This document shows, piece by piece, positions 1 through 16,479 of a stretch of 64,000 nt of DNA. The first letter of the stretch is position 1, and each line of letters begins with the position of its first letter. The notes under the pieces are model-generated. The model saw only the letters and a list, made by a program, of their open reading frames with translations, was not told the origin of the DNA and ran no database searches. Source of the stretch: Eledone cirrhosa. Taxonomy: Eukaryota. Made by a program: the position numbers and the translations under genes. The stretch is taken from the NCBI GenBank assembly GCA_964016885.1, contig OZ024749.1:8370001-8434000 (forward strand), written 5' to 3'.

Positions 1-2365
<2,365 letters not shown>

Positions 2366-2374
2366 ATCATTTAT

Positions 2375-2423
2375 TTGCTTACAATTGTTTCCTCCAAACC
2401 GAGGTTTGATGTCTTCGGAGCAA
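2375..2423 (-). ncRNA. Hammerhead ribozyme motif with CCGAAGA core variant
   Basis: Minus strand reads ttgct CCGAAGA catcaaacc-tc-ggtttggag GAAA caattg TA agcaa: perfect stem I, palindromic stem III. Confidence 0.65.
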
Positions 2424-2554
2424 CTATTTAGTGATCTATAACATTCTTGACCTCCTTTTCAACACAAGAGACATATAAAAACATATGCATATATTGACAT
2501 CCATCAAAATGATATAGCATGGCAATTTACATATAAAGGTTAAAGGTTAAAGTA

Positions 2555-2594
2555 TAAAAATAAAAATAAAAATAAAAATAAAAATAAAAATAAA

Positions 2595-2625
<31 letters not shown>

Positions 2626-2715
2626 TAAAAATAAATATAAAAATAAAAATAAAAATAAAAATAAAAATAAAAATAAAAATAAAAATAAAAATAAAAATAA
2701 AAATAAAAATAAAAA
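2555..2715. repeat. (AAAAAT)n microsatellite
   Basis: Directly visible. Confidence 0.95.
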
Positions 2716-3250
2716 TGAAACATTGGCAGTTTATGAAGATAAAGCAAGAGGAAAGTTTAGAGTAGTCAGTGTATGAAACAATCTCACGTGTAGCATGCAC
2801 GCGTGTCTTATTTATACAGGATTAGAGTGCATCAGATTGTTACTTGCAGGGTCAGGCAGTTGAAGCAGGCAATCGATAGTATTATGTGGGCTGAATTGTT
2901 AAATCATTTATTCGCATACACCTGTATGATATACAATCCCGAATGTAGAGAAACACCAAGATATCAAAAATATCAAACATATTATAAAACATATTATAGC
3001 GTAGGCAAAACAGTACCACTGTCGTCGCGCACACCACCACTCACATAATCCATGAGACGCAATATATAGAACACGGGTCTATCATATGATCCACGATGGT
3101 TCAGCATATAACCAAGTCATAAATCATATCTTGTCGATTCTTAATTAATAGATCATGTTGTTTAGTTTTGTGTGATGATATTATGATGATATTATGATAA
3201 TATCATCACACATATTTATGTATGCATATATATATATATATATATATTTA

Positions 3251-3281
<31 letters not shown>

Positions 3282-3464
3282 TTATGTGTGTGTATATATA
3301 TATATATATATTTATGTATGTGTATATATATATATATATATATTTATGTGTATGTATATATATATATATTTATGTATGTATATATATATATATTTATGTA
3401 TGTATGTAGGGAAATTACACTTATGTATAGTTATATTTCAATTGCATCTTATATATATGTATAT

Positions 3465-3620
3465 TGATTTAAAACTGCACTATCCACAAGTGTTTTTTAG
3501 CCTTCATATCATGTTCTCCTGTTTTATCTGATGAAAACACAAATATTATTGCATGATGATGTTTGTTTTTGAAATGCGCATAATAAAATACATGGAACTC
3601 CTTTAACCATCTTTTGATCT

Positions 3621-3622
<2 letters not shown>
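3465..3622 (+). mobile_element. Solo pseudo-LTR of the PLE at 24480-28920, containing an HHR (3521-3589)
   Basis: Nearly identical to the reverse complement of 24480-24640; gttttat CTGATGA [stem II] GAAA tgcgca TA ataaaat; ends in (TA)n. Confidence 0.85.
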
Positions 3623-3669
<47 letters not shown>

Positions 3670-3974
3670 TATAAGATGCAATTGAAATATAACTATACAT
3701 AAGGGTAATTTCCCTACACACAGGTACACAGACATTCCGAGAGACACGTGTGCGCATACACACAGACACACACAGACACACAGAGACAGACAGACACACA
3801 CACACATACATACACACACATGCATGCATTACAATTTATTCAATTCAGAGATCAAAATAATAAATGATATGTCACAAAATACAAACAGGAATAGAAGACA
3901 TTACAAGGTAGCGATATATGTTTAACGAAGAAAAAAACTTCTTGCATTAACAACAACAACAAAAAAACAACAAC

Positions 3975-4121
3975 AACAGCAGCAGCAACAGCAGCAACAA
4001 CAGCAGCAGCAACAGTGATGGTAATGGTTTTTTCTCGTGGTACAAACAAGAAATTAACAAAGGTAGAATGTTATGTATAAAAAAGAAGAAAAACGTTATT
4101 CATTATTTTAATGGTAATAAG

Positions 4122-4176
<55 letters not shown>

Positions 4177-4263
4177 ATATATATATGTCTGTATATATAC
4201 ATATATATATATATGTATGTATATATATATACATATATATATATGTATGTATATATATACATG

Positions 4264-4297
<34 letters not shown>

Positions 4298-4421
4298 CAT
4301 ATATATATGTATACACACATATATATATGTATATATATATACATATATATATATATACACATATATATATATGTATATATATGTATGTATATATATATAT
4401 ATATACACATATATATATATG

Positions 4422-4465
<44 letters not shown>

Positions 4466-4488
4466 TATATGTATATATATATATACAC

Positions 4489-4519
<31 letters not shown>

Positions 4520-4564
4520 CATATATATATATACACATATATATATACATATGCATATATATAC

Positions 4565-4599
<35 letters not shown>

Positions 4600-4614
4600 T
4601 CTATATATATACAC

Positions 4615-4661
<47 letters not shown>

Positions 4662-4710
4662 CACATATATATATACATATGTATATATATACATATATAT
4701 ATATATACAC

Positions 4711-4741
<31 letters not shown>

Positions 4742-4790
4742 CATATATATATATATACACATATATATATATATACATATATATACACAC

Positions 4791-4820
<30 letters not shown>
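3975..4820. repeat. Copy 1 of a local direct duplication: (CAG)n + ~115 bp unique sequence + AT microsatellite
   Basis: AGTGATGGTAATGG...GGTAATAAGAACAT recurs at ~9369-9480. Confidence 0.85.
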
Positions 4821-4821
<1 letters not shown>

Positions 4822-4853
4822 ATGTAAAAAAAAACAACAATACAATATAATTA

Positions 4854-4923
4854 CCTCATTACCAGAGGTTTTCCGAATAAGGCAAATACGAAAGAAACGT
4901 CTTCATTCGTTCGTCGGACGAGG
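4854..4923 (-). ncRNA. HHR in the 3' pseudo-LTR, CCGACGA core
   Basis: Minus strand reads cctcgt CCGACGA acgaatga...ttattcg GAAA acctctgg TA atgagg. Confidence 0.65.
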
Positions 4924-6300
4924 CAATATAAAACATAGCTAAATACTTGGAAAGTCTCCTCAAGAAATGCAAAAAAAATTATGTAAATATAGTTGAAGGT
5001 AATACAATAGACATATAAAATATATTAAAAAAATGTTTAAGAAATATAGTTAGGTGTGTGTATATGTATGTATATATACTCACAGATGTACATATGTATG
5101 TATGTACAAATGTGTGTGTATAGTGAAAATGTGTGCGTAAATATATATATGAGAGTAAGTAATCTGTGTACATGTATCTACAGACACAGACATGAATGTC
5201 CGGTTGACAGATACACAGAAAAACAGGGTATTAGATACATTATAAGAATATGAAGGCACGCGTATAAACACACACACACGCGCGTACACTTATATGCGGA
5301 AGAAAAAGAGGTAAGGGAGTGTAATAGTAGAAAGAAAGTATCATTCTCGATATATTTATAAAAATGGAACAATAATTTAGAAAGAAAATAGCGAAGTAAA
5401 GAAAACAAACAAGGTACACGCGTACATAAACACATATATCTACAAGAAACTTATATCTATAAAATATATATATATATACACGCAAAACGTGCAGACAAAA
5501 GCGTATGCAAGTATACATACACACACAGGATGCACACATATACATACATACACCTCGCCCCATGTATATCTAATCACGCGTACGTACGCGACTGTATACT
5601 CACACACGCATACACACACATAAATATATACATACATATAACCATACGCACTCTTACACATCCATACATTCAGTACGTACACACACACATACACACGCAC
5701 ATATATATACACTCACGCACATTGACCCGCTTACATGCGCACACATAAAAATAAGAATGTAAAAAAATAGATGTAAGAACACAGATATAAAAACACACAC
5801 ACATACACATATATATACACACACACGCGCGCGCACATACGGAGGCGTTCGTGTACATATACAGAAAGTATACACACATAAAGACGCTCAGACACATAGA
5901 TACAGGGTGTAAAAACGGCCTTATGAATAAGTGAGTACAAATATAAAAAATATAAGAATGGCTGCGAAATAACAGAAAATATCTGGGGTGGAAAACGCAA
6001 GTGACTAGTGTGATCAGGTAGTGAAGAAAATAAGGAAGTAAAAAGTGGAAAGTGAATATATTAGGTAAGTGAATCGTAGAATAAAGGGGAGGGTTAGTGG
6101 TGGATGTGAAGTAAAAATAAAAATAAAAATAAAAATAAAAATAAAAATAAAAATAAAAATAAAAATAAAAATAAAAATAAAAATAAAAATAAAAATAAAA
6201 ATAAAAATAAAAATAAAAATAAAAATAAAAATGAAATTAATAATAAGGTTAAAAATGAAAGTAAATCAGAAACGGTAGTCTTAAAGAGAATAATAAGAGC

Positions 6301-7222
6301 TTATGGAGGATAAGTATCTGAAAGTCTGTTAAGTTTATATGAGCTGGAAAGCAGGTGTGATTTCATGTGTGGGCAACTGGTGAAAATTTCTGTCTTTGTG
6401 TTTAGGCAGGTCTTTGGTTTTTTAAGGTTTTGTAAAATCCAATATTTTTCATTTATACACAGCGTGCATTTTCTTGCTCCTCTTGCATATTCTTTAGATT
6501 GGTTCAAAATTGACCAATCCAATTTATATTGGATACCTTGGTCTTTCAAATCCCATATTCTGCTAGCCAGAGTGTTGTAAATCTTTTTTCTGGATGTCGA
6601 AAGGATGCGACATGTGAGTAATAACGCGTTTTGAATTTGTCTTGCGTCATACCCACATATCGTTCACCGGTGGCTGGTTGGTTGTTGCTGATGGTTGTCA
6701 CTTTAGCCGCATATACAATGGCTTTGGTGTTGCATTTACCTTGTAATGGGCATTCACTTTTGATTCTACAGGAGCAATTTTGATGTTCTCTCTGTGATTT
6801 TTTGTTGATGATATAGGATTTAATAGTGGGACCGCATGAGTAGCTAATTTTGACACAGTTTCTATTAAAGATCTTATAGTATCTATGTGTTCTAGGGAAA
6901 TGTTTATCTAAGAGCTCTAGGAATTTTTTGCCAACATTAGTTTTAACTGCTAGAGAGTAGGGGGGTGTGAACCAGATTATTTTTCTTTTCCTGTTTTTAT
7001 GTTTAATAGAGTTAGTGTAGTTAGGTATGTATTTAATCGGTTCGCTAAAACCGCTATTTTGGAGGGGTTTATTATAGTAGGGGGATGCCTTATTAAAAAT
7101 AGCTTCTGAGGAAGAGAGGGTGGAGATCCTACGGCTAATATTAGGGATAAGGTTTTTAAATAGTATAGGAGGATGGCAAGAGCCTTTATTTATATATTTT
7201 AAGTTTTCATTGGGTTTATGGT
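6301..7222 (-). pseudogene. PLE RT thumb / Zn-linker / GIY-YIG endonuclease remnant, frameshift near 6580
   Basis: Manual translation: YHKPNENLKYINKGSCHPP...IIWFTPPYS...CSCRIKSECPLQGKC..AIVY...RYVGMT...FKTRYYSH; then CTLCINEK...SCPH in ORF 6301-6549; homologous to the ORF at 25590-27991. Confidence 0.9.
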
Positions 7223-7493
7223 ATGTCTGTGTCTATAGTTACATATACACAGATTACTTACCCTCATATATATATTTACGCACATATTTTCACTATACAC
7301 ACATATTTGTACATACATACATATGTACATCTGTGAGTGTATATACATACATATACACACACCTAACAATATTTCTTTAAAAAATTGTTTATATATGTTA
7401 TATGTCTATTATATTACCTTCAACTATATTTACATAATTTTTTTTTGCATTTCTTGAAGAGATTTTCCAAATATTTAGCTATGTTTTATATTG

Positions 7494-7563
7494 CCTCGTC
7501 CGACAAACGAATGAAGACGTTGCTTTCGTATTCGCCTTATTCAGGAAACCTCTGGTAATGAGG
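7494..7563 (+). ncRNA. HHR in the inverted pseudo-LTR (core CCGACAA, probably inactivated)
   Basis: cctcgt CCGACAA ... GAAA cctctgg TA atgagg. Confidence 0.55.
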
Positions 7564-7669
7564 TAATTATATTGTATTTTTGTTTTTGATACATAAAATT
7601 TTGCTCTGGTACTTACATAGAGCACTCTTCACTCCTATGACTTTTTCTGTTTTCAACGGAAACTTCAAT

Positions 7670-7779
7670 ACATAAATGTATATATATATATACATATATA
7701 TATATGTATATAAATATATATACATATATATATACACATATATATATGTACGTATATATATATACATATATATATATGC

Positions 7780-7811
<32 letters not shown>

Positions 7812-7887
7812 GTATATAAATATATATACATATATATATACACATATATATATGTACGTATATATATATACATATATATATATGCAC

Positions 7888-7918
<31 letters not shown>

Positions 7919-7962
7919 TATGTATATAAATATATATACATATATATATATACATATATATG

Positions 7963-8022
<60 letters not shown>

Positions 8023-8333
8023 AATATATATACATATATATATATACATATATATATATACACATATATATTTGTATGTATATAAATATACATATATGCA
8101 TATATATATATGTATATCAAAATACATATATATATATATATATATGTATATTAATATACATATATATATATGCACATATATATAAATATATGTATATTAA
8201 TATACATATATATATATATATGTATATATATACATATATATATATATGTATATGTATATATATATACATATATATATATGTATATATATATACATATATA
8301 TATATGTATATATACACATATATATATATGCAC

Positions 8334-8366
<33 letters not shown>

Positions 8367-8461
8367 TATGCACATAAATATATATATGTATATATATATA
8401 TATATAGATATACATATTTATATATGTATATATATATATACATATATATGTATATATACAT

Positions 8462-8517
<56 letters not shown>

Positions 8518-8540
8518 CAAATATATATATATATACATAT
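7670..8540. repeat. (TA)n/(TACA) compound microsatellite
   Basis: Directly visible. Confidence 0.95.
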
Positions 8541-8571
8541 AAATTGCAAACTTGACTGTCACCACATTTTA

Positions 8572-8610
8572 TGAACCTGAAGATTGCGAAAGCGCGAAAG
8601 TACTTGTTCA
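8572..8610 (+). ncRNA. Compact minimal hammerhead ribozyme
   Basis: tgaac CTGAAGA tt-gcg-aaag-cgc GAAA gtac TT gttca: perfect 5-bp stem I, palindromic AGTACT stem III. Confidence 0.75.
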
Positions 8611-8787
8611 ATTAACACTTAGAATTTAATATTCCATCATATTATTTCATTATAATACCATTATATATATTTTAAAGGATTGTAAATAAAACGAGTAAAT
8701 CAGACAAAGTTGGAATTCCTCTTATTAATATAATCTTCTATACAAAATCACACACACCCGTGTATATTTATCTATCTATATATATAG

Positions 8788-9222
8788 GTCAAACACCTTT
8801 CTCTCTGGCCAACAACTGGTCCGTTTCTTCCGATATCATTTCGGAAGAAGGATCAGGATGGAGAGAGAGGTGCTGCACCCCAGTCGTTTTTATGAAAGGT
8901 GGGTGAAAGTGGCGAGAATGGCCCGTGTGAATGGGCCTTCACTCTACATCAGACTATAGGTGAGGAAGATGAAAGACCAAGGCAGCACCCCTTCTCTGTG
9001 CTCCTGAGGAGAAGGGTTGCACACTTTTTTCGGGGGTGTGTGCGACCCCCCAAGCGCCTCCTCTCTATTGAGGATTTTGTTATAAATTTTATTTTTTGTT
9101 ATATTTTATTTTATTTTTATATTTTGTTATTGCCTCCTCCCTATTGAGGACGCCTTGTTTTGTAAACTCCCCCCATTGTACTTGTCCCACTTTTGATGCC
9201 CTGGTGGCAAATAAAAGAAACA
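8788..9222 (+). mobile_element. 3' end of a Tx1/L1-like non-LTR retrotransposon (ORF2 C-terminus + 3' UTR)
   Basis: Frame 8789-8959 reads SNTFLSGQQLVRFFRYHFGRRIRMEREVLHPSRFYERWVKVARMARVNGPSLYIRL*; T-rich UTR ends GGCAAATAAAAGAAA next to (AT)n; related tail at 13775-13850. Confidence 0.6.
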
Positions 9223-9311
9223 TATCTATATATATATACACATATATGTATATATATGTGTATATATATATATACATATATATATATATGTATATATATA
9301 TATACATATAC

Positions 9312-11662
<2,351 letters not shown>

Positions 11663-12094
11663 CTTCTTACATACATAAAGAGAGACAGAAAGCATTATTC
11701 TTGAAAAATATTACACATTATATGTTAAAAGCAACAACTAGCTGAACTAAAGGGACGTAAATGATGTAATATATTGTGACATAAAGCTTAAGGACATAAA
11801 TGTTAATAAAATAAACTGAACATAAACCATGTATGTATGTATGTATGTATGTATGTATGTATGTATATTTGTATGTATGTATGTATGTATGTATGTATGT
11901 ATGTATGAGAGAATTGTGAGGCAATTATTTAGTGACATTGTTCTTGAACAGCTAGAAGAGGGTGGAATGGTGGAAGAGACCGGTGTAGTGTGCTGTACAT
12001 AAAATGTTCGTGAGAAAATGAAGGGATTTTGAGTAAATTGAAATTATATTGCTAAAATATTATGATGTCAATGATGGTGATGATGATGATGATT

Positions 12095-12320
12095 GTTTCT
12101 ACTCCCCCCCTCCCGCCCCATCTGGCCAGCAATTTTTGCGGAGGAGCAAAGTCAATTTAACTGACCCCAGTACGCGACTGGTACTTTATTTTATCGACCC
12201 CGTAGGGATGAGAGTCAAAGCTAACTCGGCGGGATTTGAACTCAGAACGTACAGGGCCATAACTCTATGCCACAGTGAATATTGTCCGACGCTCTATCAA
12301 TTCTGCCAATACACCACTCC
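12095..12320 (-). mobile_element. tRNA-derived SINE with Nin/Deu-like central domain
   Basis: Minus strand has box-B-like GAGTTCAAATCCC, then CTTTGACTCTCATCCCTACGGGGTCGATAAAATAAAGTACCAG. Confidence 0.75.
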
Positions 12321-12342
12321 ATAATAATAATAATAATAATAA

Positions 12343-12550
12343 TGGTTTCTTATAGAGGCACAAGGCCAGCAATTTGTGGGGAGAGGGAAGTCGACTAAAA
12401 CGATCCCAGTACATTACTGGTGCTTCATTTTATCAGCCCCGCAATGATAAAAGGTAAATTTAACCTGAGCGGGATTTGAACTCAAACTGTGAAGGGCCGT
12501 AACTCTATGTTGCAAAACATGACGTCCGACCCCCTACCAATACTGCCAAC
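12343..12550 (-). mobile_element. SINE, same family
   Basis: GGCACAAGGCCAGCAATTT...TTTTATC...GGGATTTGAACTCA; (TAA)n tail at 12322-12343. Confidence 0.75.
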
Positions 12551-12574
12551 CCCCCCCCCCCCCCCCTCCTTTAG

Positions 12575-12752
12575 AAGAAGAAGAAGAAAAAGAAGAAAAA
12601 GAAGAAAAAGAAGAAAAAGAAGAAAAAGAAGAAGAAAAAGAAGAAAAAGAAGAAAAAGAAGAAAAAAGAAAAAAGAAGAAAAAGAAGAAAAAGAAGAAAA
12701 AGAAGAAAAAGAAGAAAAAGAAAAAAAAAAGAAAAAGAAAAAGAAGAAGAAG
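12575..12752. repeat. (GAAAAAGAA)n purine repeat
   Basis: Directly visible. Confidence 0.9.
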
Positions 12753-12889
12753 AGGAATGATTTTAAAGATGATTTCTTTTATCACAAACTGTTGACACGA
12801 AGTAAACATTAATAACGACACATGACGATACAGTGTGGGTTACTAAAATATAATAAAATTCCCTAACAGGGGCCAATAATTATTTGTAG

Positions 12890-13395
12890 GTTTATTTACT
12901 TGTCATTAGTTCCTTGTTCTATGTGTGTCAGGTTTGTTGTATTAGTTTGGTTGTTGTGTGTCTCTGTATAAAGACATACAGAGACACACAAGAACCAAAC
13001 TAATACAACAAACCTGACACAGAGAGATGGAACAAACAACCAACTAGTGACAAGTAAATAAACATGAATAAATAAACACACACACACAAACACACGCACT
13101 GATATAATGCTTGTGCAAACCATAAACACAGCACACAACACACAAAATCAAGATGGCGTAGGACTGAAAAAAGGAGAGACACAAAAATAACAAATTAGTA
13201 ACTGAGAAAGTCACAGAATGTGTGACAAAAGAGCTTTGGCAATAAATAAACAACCAACTAACCGCAATTTGTAATAAATTGAAGTTAAACCAAACAGGTG
13301 CCTGTATTTTTACTGACAGCATGACTCTTCCATATATGTGTTTCAACACACGTTTTCAGATAAGAAATCTTGCAAAACAAATTGAAAAACCAAGT
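12890..13395 (+). mobile_element. ORF-less PLE pseudo-LTR-like element with 5' fold-back (12890-12969 / 12976-13063) and degenerate HHR (~13197-13240)
   Basis: 3' part is homologous to 19880-20250 and 29185-29465; HHR core degraded (CTGAGAA...AAAA gagc TT). Confidence 0.7.
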
Positions 13396-13472
13396 ATATA
13401 TATATATATAGGGAGAAAGAGAAAGATACATAGAGAAATAAATAGATGGATATATATATAGATAGATAGATA

Positions 13473-13750
13473 GATATAATAGAAAACGAAAAATCAGTGA
13501 TGCATCTGAACTCAATTTATTGTGTGTTACAATTGTTTCGCCGGCGGACAGCTTGAGACGCGATCATTGTGTGGATCTGTCTGATCGCGTCTCGAGCTGT
13601 CCGCCAGCGAAACAATTGTAACACACAATAAATTGAGTTCAGATGCATCACTGATTTTTCGTTTTCTATTATATCATACTCTGCTCTGTAAGAGCATAGA
13701 GTGCTCAACCGACATACCGTCTATGGAAGCATCTTAACTACCACCAGACA
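13473..13750 (+). mobile_element. Fold-back HHR element: 94-bp inverted arms (13473-13566 / 13582-13675), HHR at 13566-13629
   Basis: Arms differ at only 2 positions by eye; tgt CTGAT[cgcgtctc]GA gctg-tccgc-cagc GAAA caattg TA aca. Confidence 0.75.
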
Positions 13751-13774
13751 CATGTATATAGATAGATAGATATA

Positions 13775-13850
13775 TTTCTTTATTAGCCACAGGGGCACAA
13801 AAGAAGGGGACAAATACAAAGGGGGAAGTTTACATACAATAAAAACGTGT
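13775..13850 (-). mobile_element. Very short 3' tail of a Tx1/L1-like element
   Basis: Minus strand TTGTATTTGTCCCCTTCTTTGTGCCCCTGTGGCTAATAAAGAAA resembles 9175-9220. Confidence 0.55.
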
Positions 13851-13863
13851 AAAATGTTATCAC

Positions 13864-13904
<41 letters not shown>

Positions 13905-14799
13905 TTGTCACTGGTACAAAAGGATCAATGTAGATGCAATAATAGTAGAGCCATATATAGACATATATGTTTAAAACACACAAACCACACACATATGTAT
14001 GTATATATATATATATATATATGCGCGTGTGTATAGTTATGTGTGTGAGACTGTGGCTGTTGTTTGTGTGTATGTGGGGGGGGGGGTGTATGTGGTTACT
14101 GCTACGTTAAAACCAAAATGGCGATGGACTTATTTCTGATAGTTAAAACATTGTCCGTTACCTTAAGCAGAGAAAAATCTCCTTAGCTATTTCAGTTGTC
14201 AAGCAAAACTGAAGTGAAAGAAATGAGATTGTTATATGGAGCAGTTGTGAGGAGAAACGGAAGACAGTCAATATCGGATGGGAAACTTTGTAGAGGTTTG
14301 TATTGACAGAAACTACGTTAAACAACGTTTGAAGAAGCTTCAATGAACCTAACTCCATAGACCACGTATTGGTTGAATTGGATGGGTTTATCTTTTTTTT
14401 TTTTTTTTTTTCGGTTTTCGTTTTTGCTGATGTAACAGGGATATTGTTGAATGAGATGATAACGGGGAAATATAAGTGTAATTATATGCATTCCTGTATG
14501 TATATATGTATATGTATGTATGTATATCTGTATCTACGTATGTTTGTATGTATATACGTATGTATGTATATACGTATGTTTGTATGTATGTATGTTCTTC
14601 TGGTTTTATAATTTCACAAATTTTTACCAATAGAGAGAGAGTCCGTTTCTAACATAGACACAAGACTCTTTCATTGGAATTTACACATCAACTAGGTAGA
14701 TGTGTATGCATGTCTGCATGCATGTGTAGATATGGATGTTATTATATGTGTGGATGTGGATGTTTGCATGTGTATATGCTTTGTATCTGTACATGTGTA

Positions 14800-16075
14800 T
14801 ATGCAGTTATTAGATGCAACATTTTTGGAATGTTTTACATGTTTACTGTTCCATTAATGGATTGTACTTGTAATTTCCTAACTAGTTGTGTTCTTTCTGT
14901 TCCTGTGAAGCCCAGCTTCTCAAGATTTGTATTGAGGCAGTTACTAACATACCCCAGTGCCCCAATTATCACAGGCATAAATCTGAAGGTGTAATCAGGG
15001 TGGAGTATCTACAGATTTCTCATCAGTTCTGCATAAATATTCTCCTTTTCGCTAATCTTTGATATTATATTGGCATCTGCTGGGCAGCTAATTTCCACTA
15101 CTGTGTATGCTTTCTTCTCCCTGTCCCATATCATAATATCTGGTCTGTTATGCCTGCATTTTATTGGGGTTTTTACTGGAACATTCCACCAGTACTCTTT
15201 CATATTATGTACATGGATGTCTTCCACATTGCTGTAGCTTTTAATGTGTTTATTATCGGGGATATCCTTTTTACGAACTGCATTGTACATTGTTTTGGCC
15301 ACTACATCATGCCTCATAGGTAGATAGTACCGCAATGACATCTTTGGGCAGCTGCTGATGACATGGGTGATATCCTCGATGTTAGTTCCGCAGAGTTTGC
15401 ACTTGTTATCACATCTAGGTGTTTTGCTTGCATCCCTATCTCTTTTGTGAATCAGGTATTTCGTGTTAATCTCCTGTTCTTGGATTGCAAAAGCGTATCC
15501 TTCAAAGTGGGAGCCAATATAGCGGTTGTTGGTCCAAGATAGACTACTTTCCTTATCTATATTACTCTCACTCTGGAGCTTCCTGGCAACATATCCATGC
15601 ATGATTTTTTGCTGATAAGCATGCAGTTTTTCATGGCTTCACTGCGGTATTGCTGAGCGACTTCCCTGGGTGTGAGTTTTTGATTATCACACAGGGAATA
15701 TCTCTCGAGGAGTTCCTTCCCAACTCTTATCTGTTTCATGCAGATAGACTTGCTCGAGAGACGGGCTCCTACGCTTCGAGGTTCGTAGATGTTGTCGGAT
15801 AGATATGATGCGACATTCAAATGCTGTCTGGACTGTTGTTAGGCCTCTGCCTCCCTGCTTACCTTTCAAGTAAAGGCGGTCTATGTCACTGTGGATGTGG
15901 AAGTTTCCGGTGTTGTTTAGTATTTTTCGAGTTCCAACATCAACTGCTCGGATTTCGTCTATCGTCCAATTGAGTATTTCAAACGTTGGTGTTAGGACAG
16001 GCACAGCAAACACATTGTGAGCCACGGTTTTATTTTGCGCAGTGAGTTCCGATGACCAAATCTTTCTTAATCGGG
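14800..16075 (-). mobile_element. 5'-truncated R4/Dong-like non-LTR retrotransposon (RT end, CCHC knuckle, restriction-like endonuclease), disrupted
   Basis: SDIDRLY..GGRGL; CKLC..EDITHVISSC; RHD; RPDI..VVEISCP..K..EK..Y; downstream PVIIGALG after a premature TAG; frameshifts. Confidence 0.88.
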
Positions 16076-16169
16076 TGTATGTATGTATGTATGTATGCAA
16101 GTATATACGTATGTTTGTATATAAGTATGTTTCTATGTATATATGTATGTATGTATGTTTGTATGTCAC

Positions 16170-16310
16170 AGTGACGAATGGTCAGTCGTTAGAACGTCAT
16201 ATAGATTGCTTTGTGGTATTAATTCCGTCTGTCTGCTCTCTAATGTTCAAAACCCGTCGAAGTTAATTTTGCCTTTCATCCTTTCGAGGTCGATAAAAAG
16301 GTACCAGTCC
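16170..16310 (+). mobile_element. SINE fragment (Nin/Deu-like domain)
   Basis: TTTGCCTTTCATCCTTTCGAGGTCGATAAAAAGGTACCAG. Confidence 0.7.
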
Positions 16311-16479
16311 TGTTGTATTCACACCTGGAGAGTATTGGGCTACATTAGGCTTTAACAAGCACTAGAAATGCCGTATGCCATCACAGTGACCCTACAACTC
16401 CATCAAGAGTTACGGGACCATATATGTAAGTATGTATATATGCATGTACGTATGTACGTATTTATGTATGTATCTATGT

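Larger units (their letters stand above)
4831..7670 (-). mobile_element. 5'-truncated Penelope-like element (Naiad-type) with 3' pseudo-LTR (4831-5194) and inverted pseudo-LTR at the truncation point (7223-7670)
   Basis: ~365-bp inverted repeat 4831-5194 / 7223-7587 encloses an ORF remnant; HHRs at 4854-4923 (-) and 7494-7563 (+). Confidence 0.85.

Noticed and set aside
8795-9075. Multi-hairpin GC-rich island as a structured ncRNA (RNase P/MRP, 7SK, telomerase RNA)
   Set aside because: No diagnostic motifs or template; better explained as the Tx1/L1 ORF2 end plus 3' UTR
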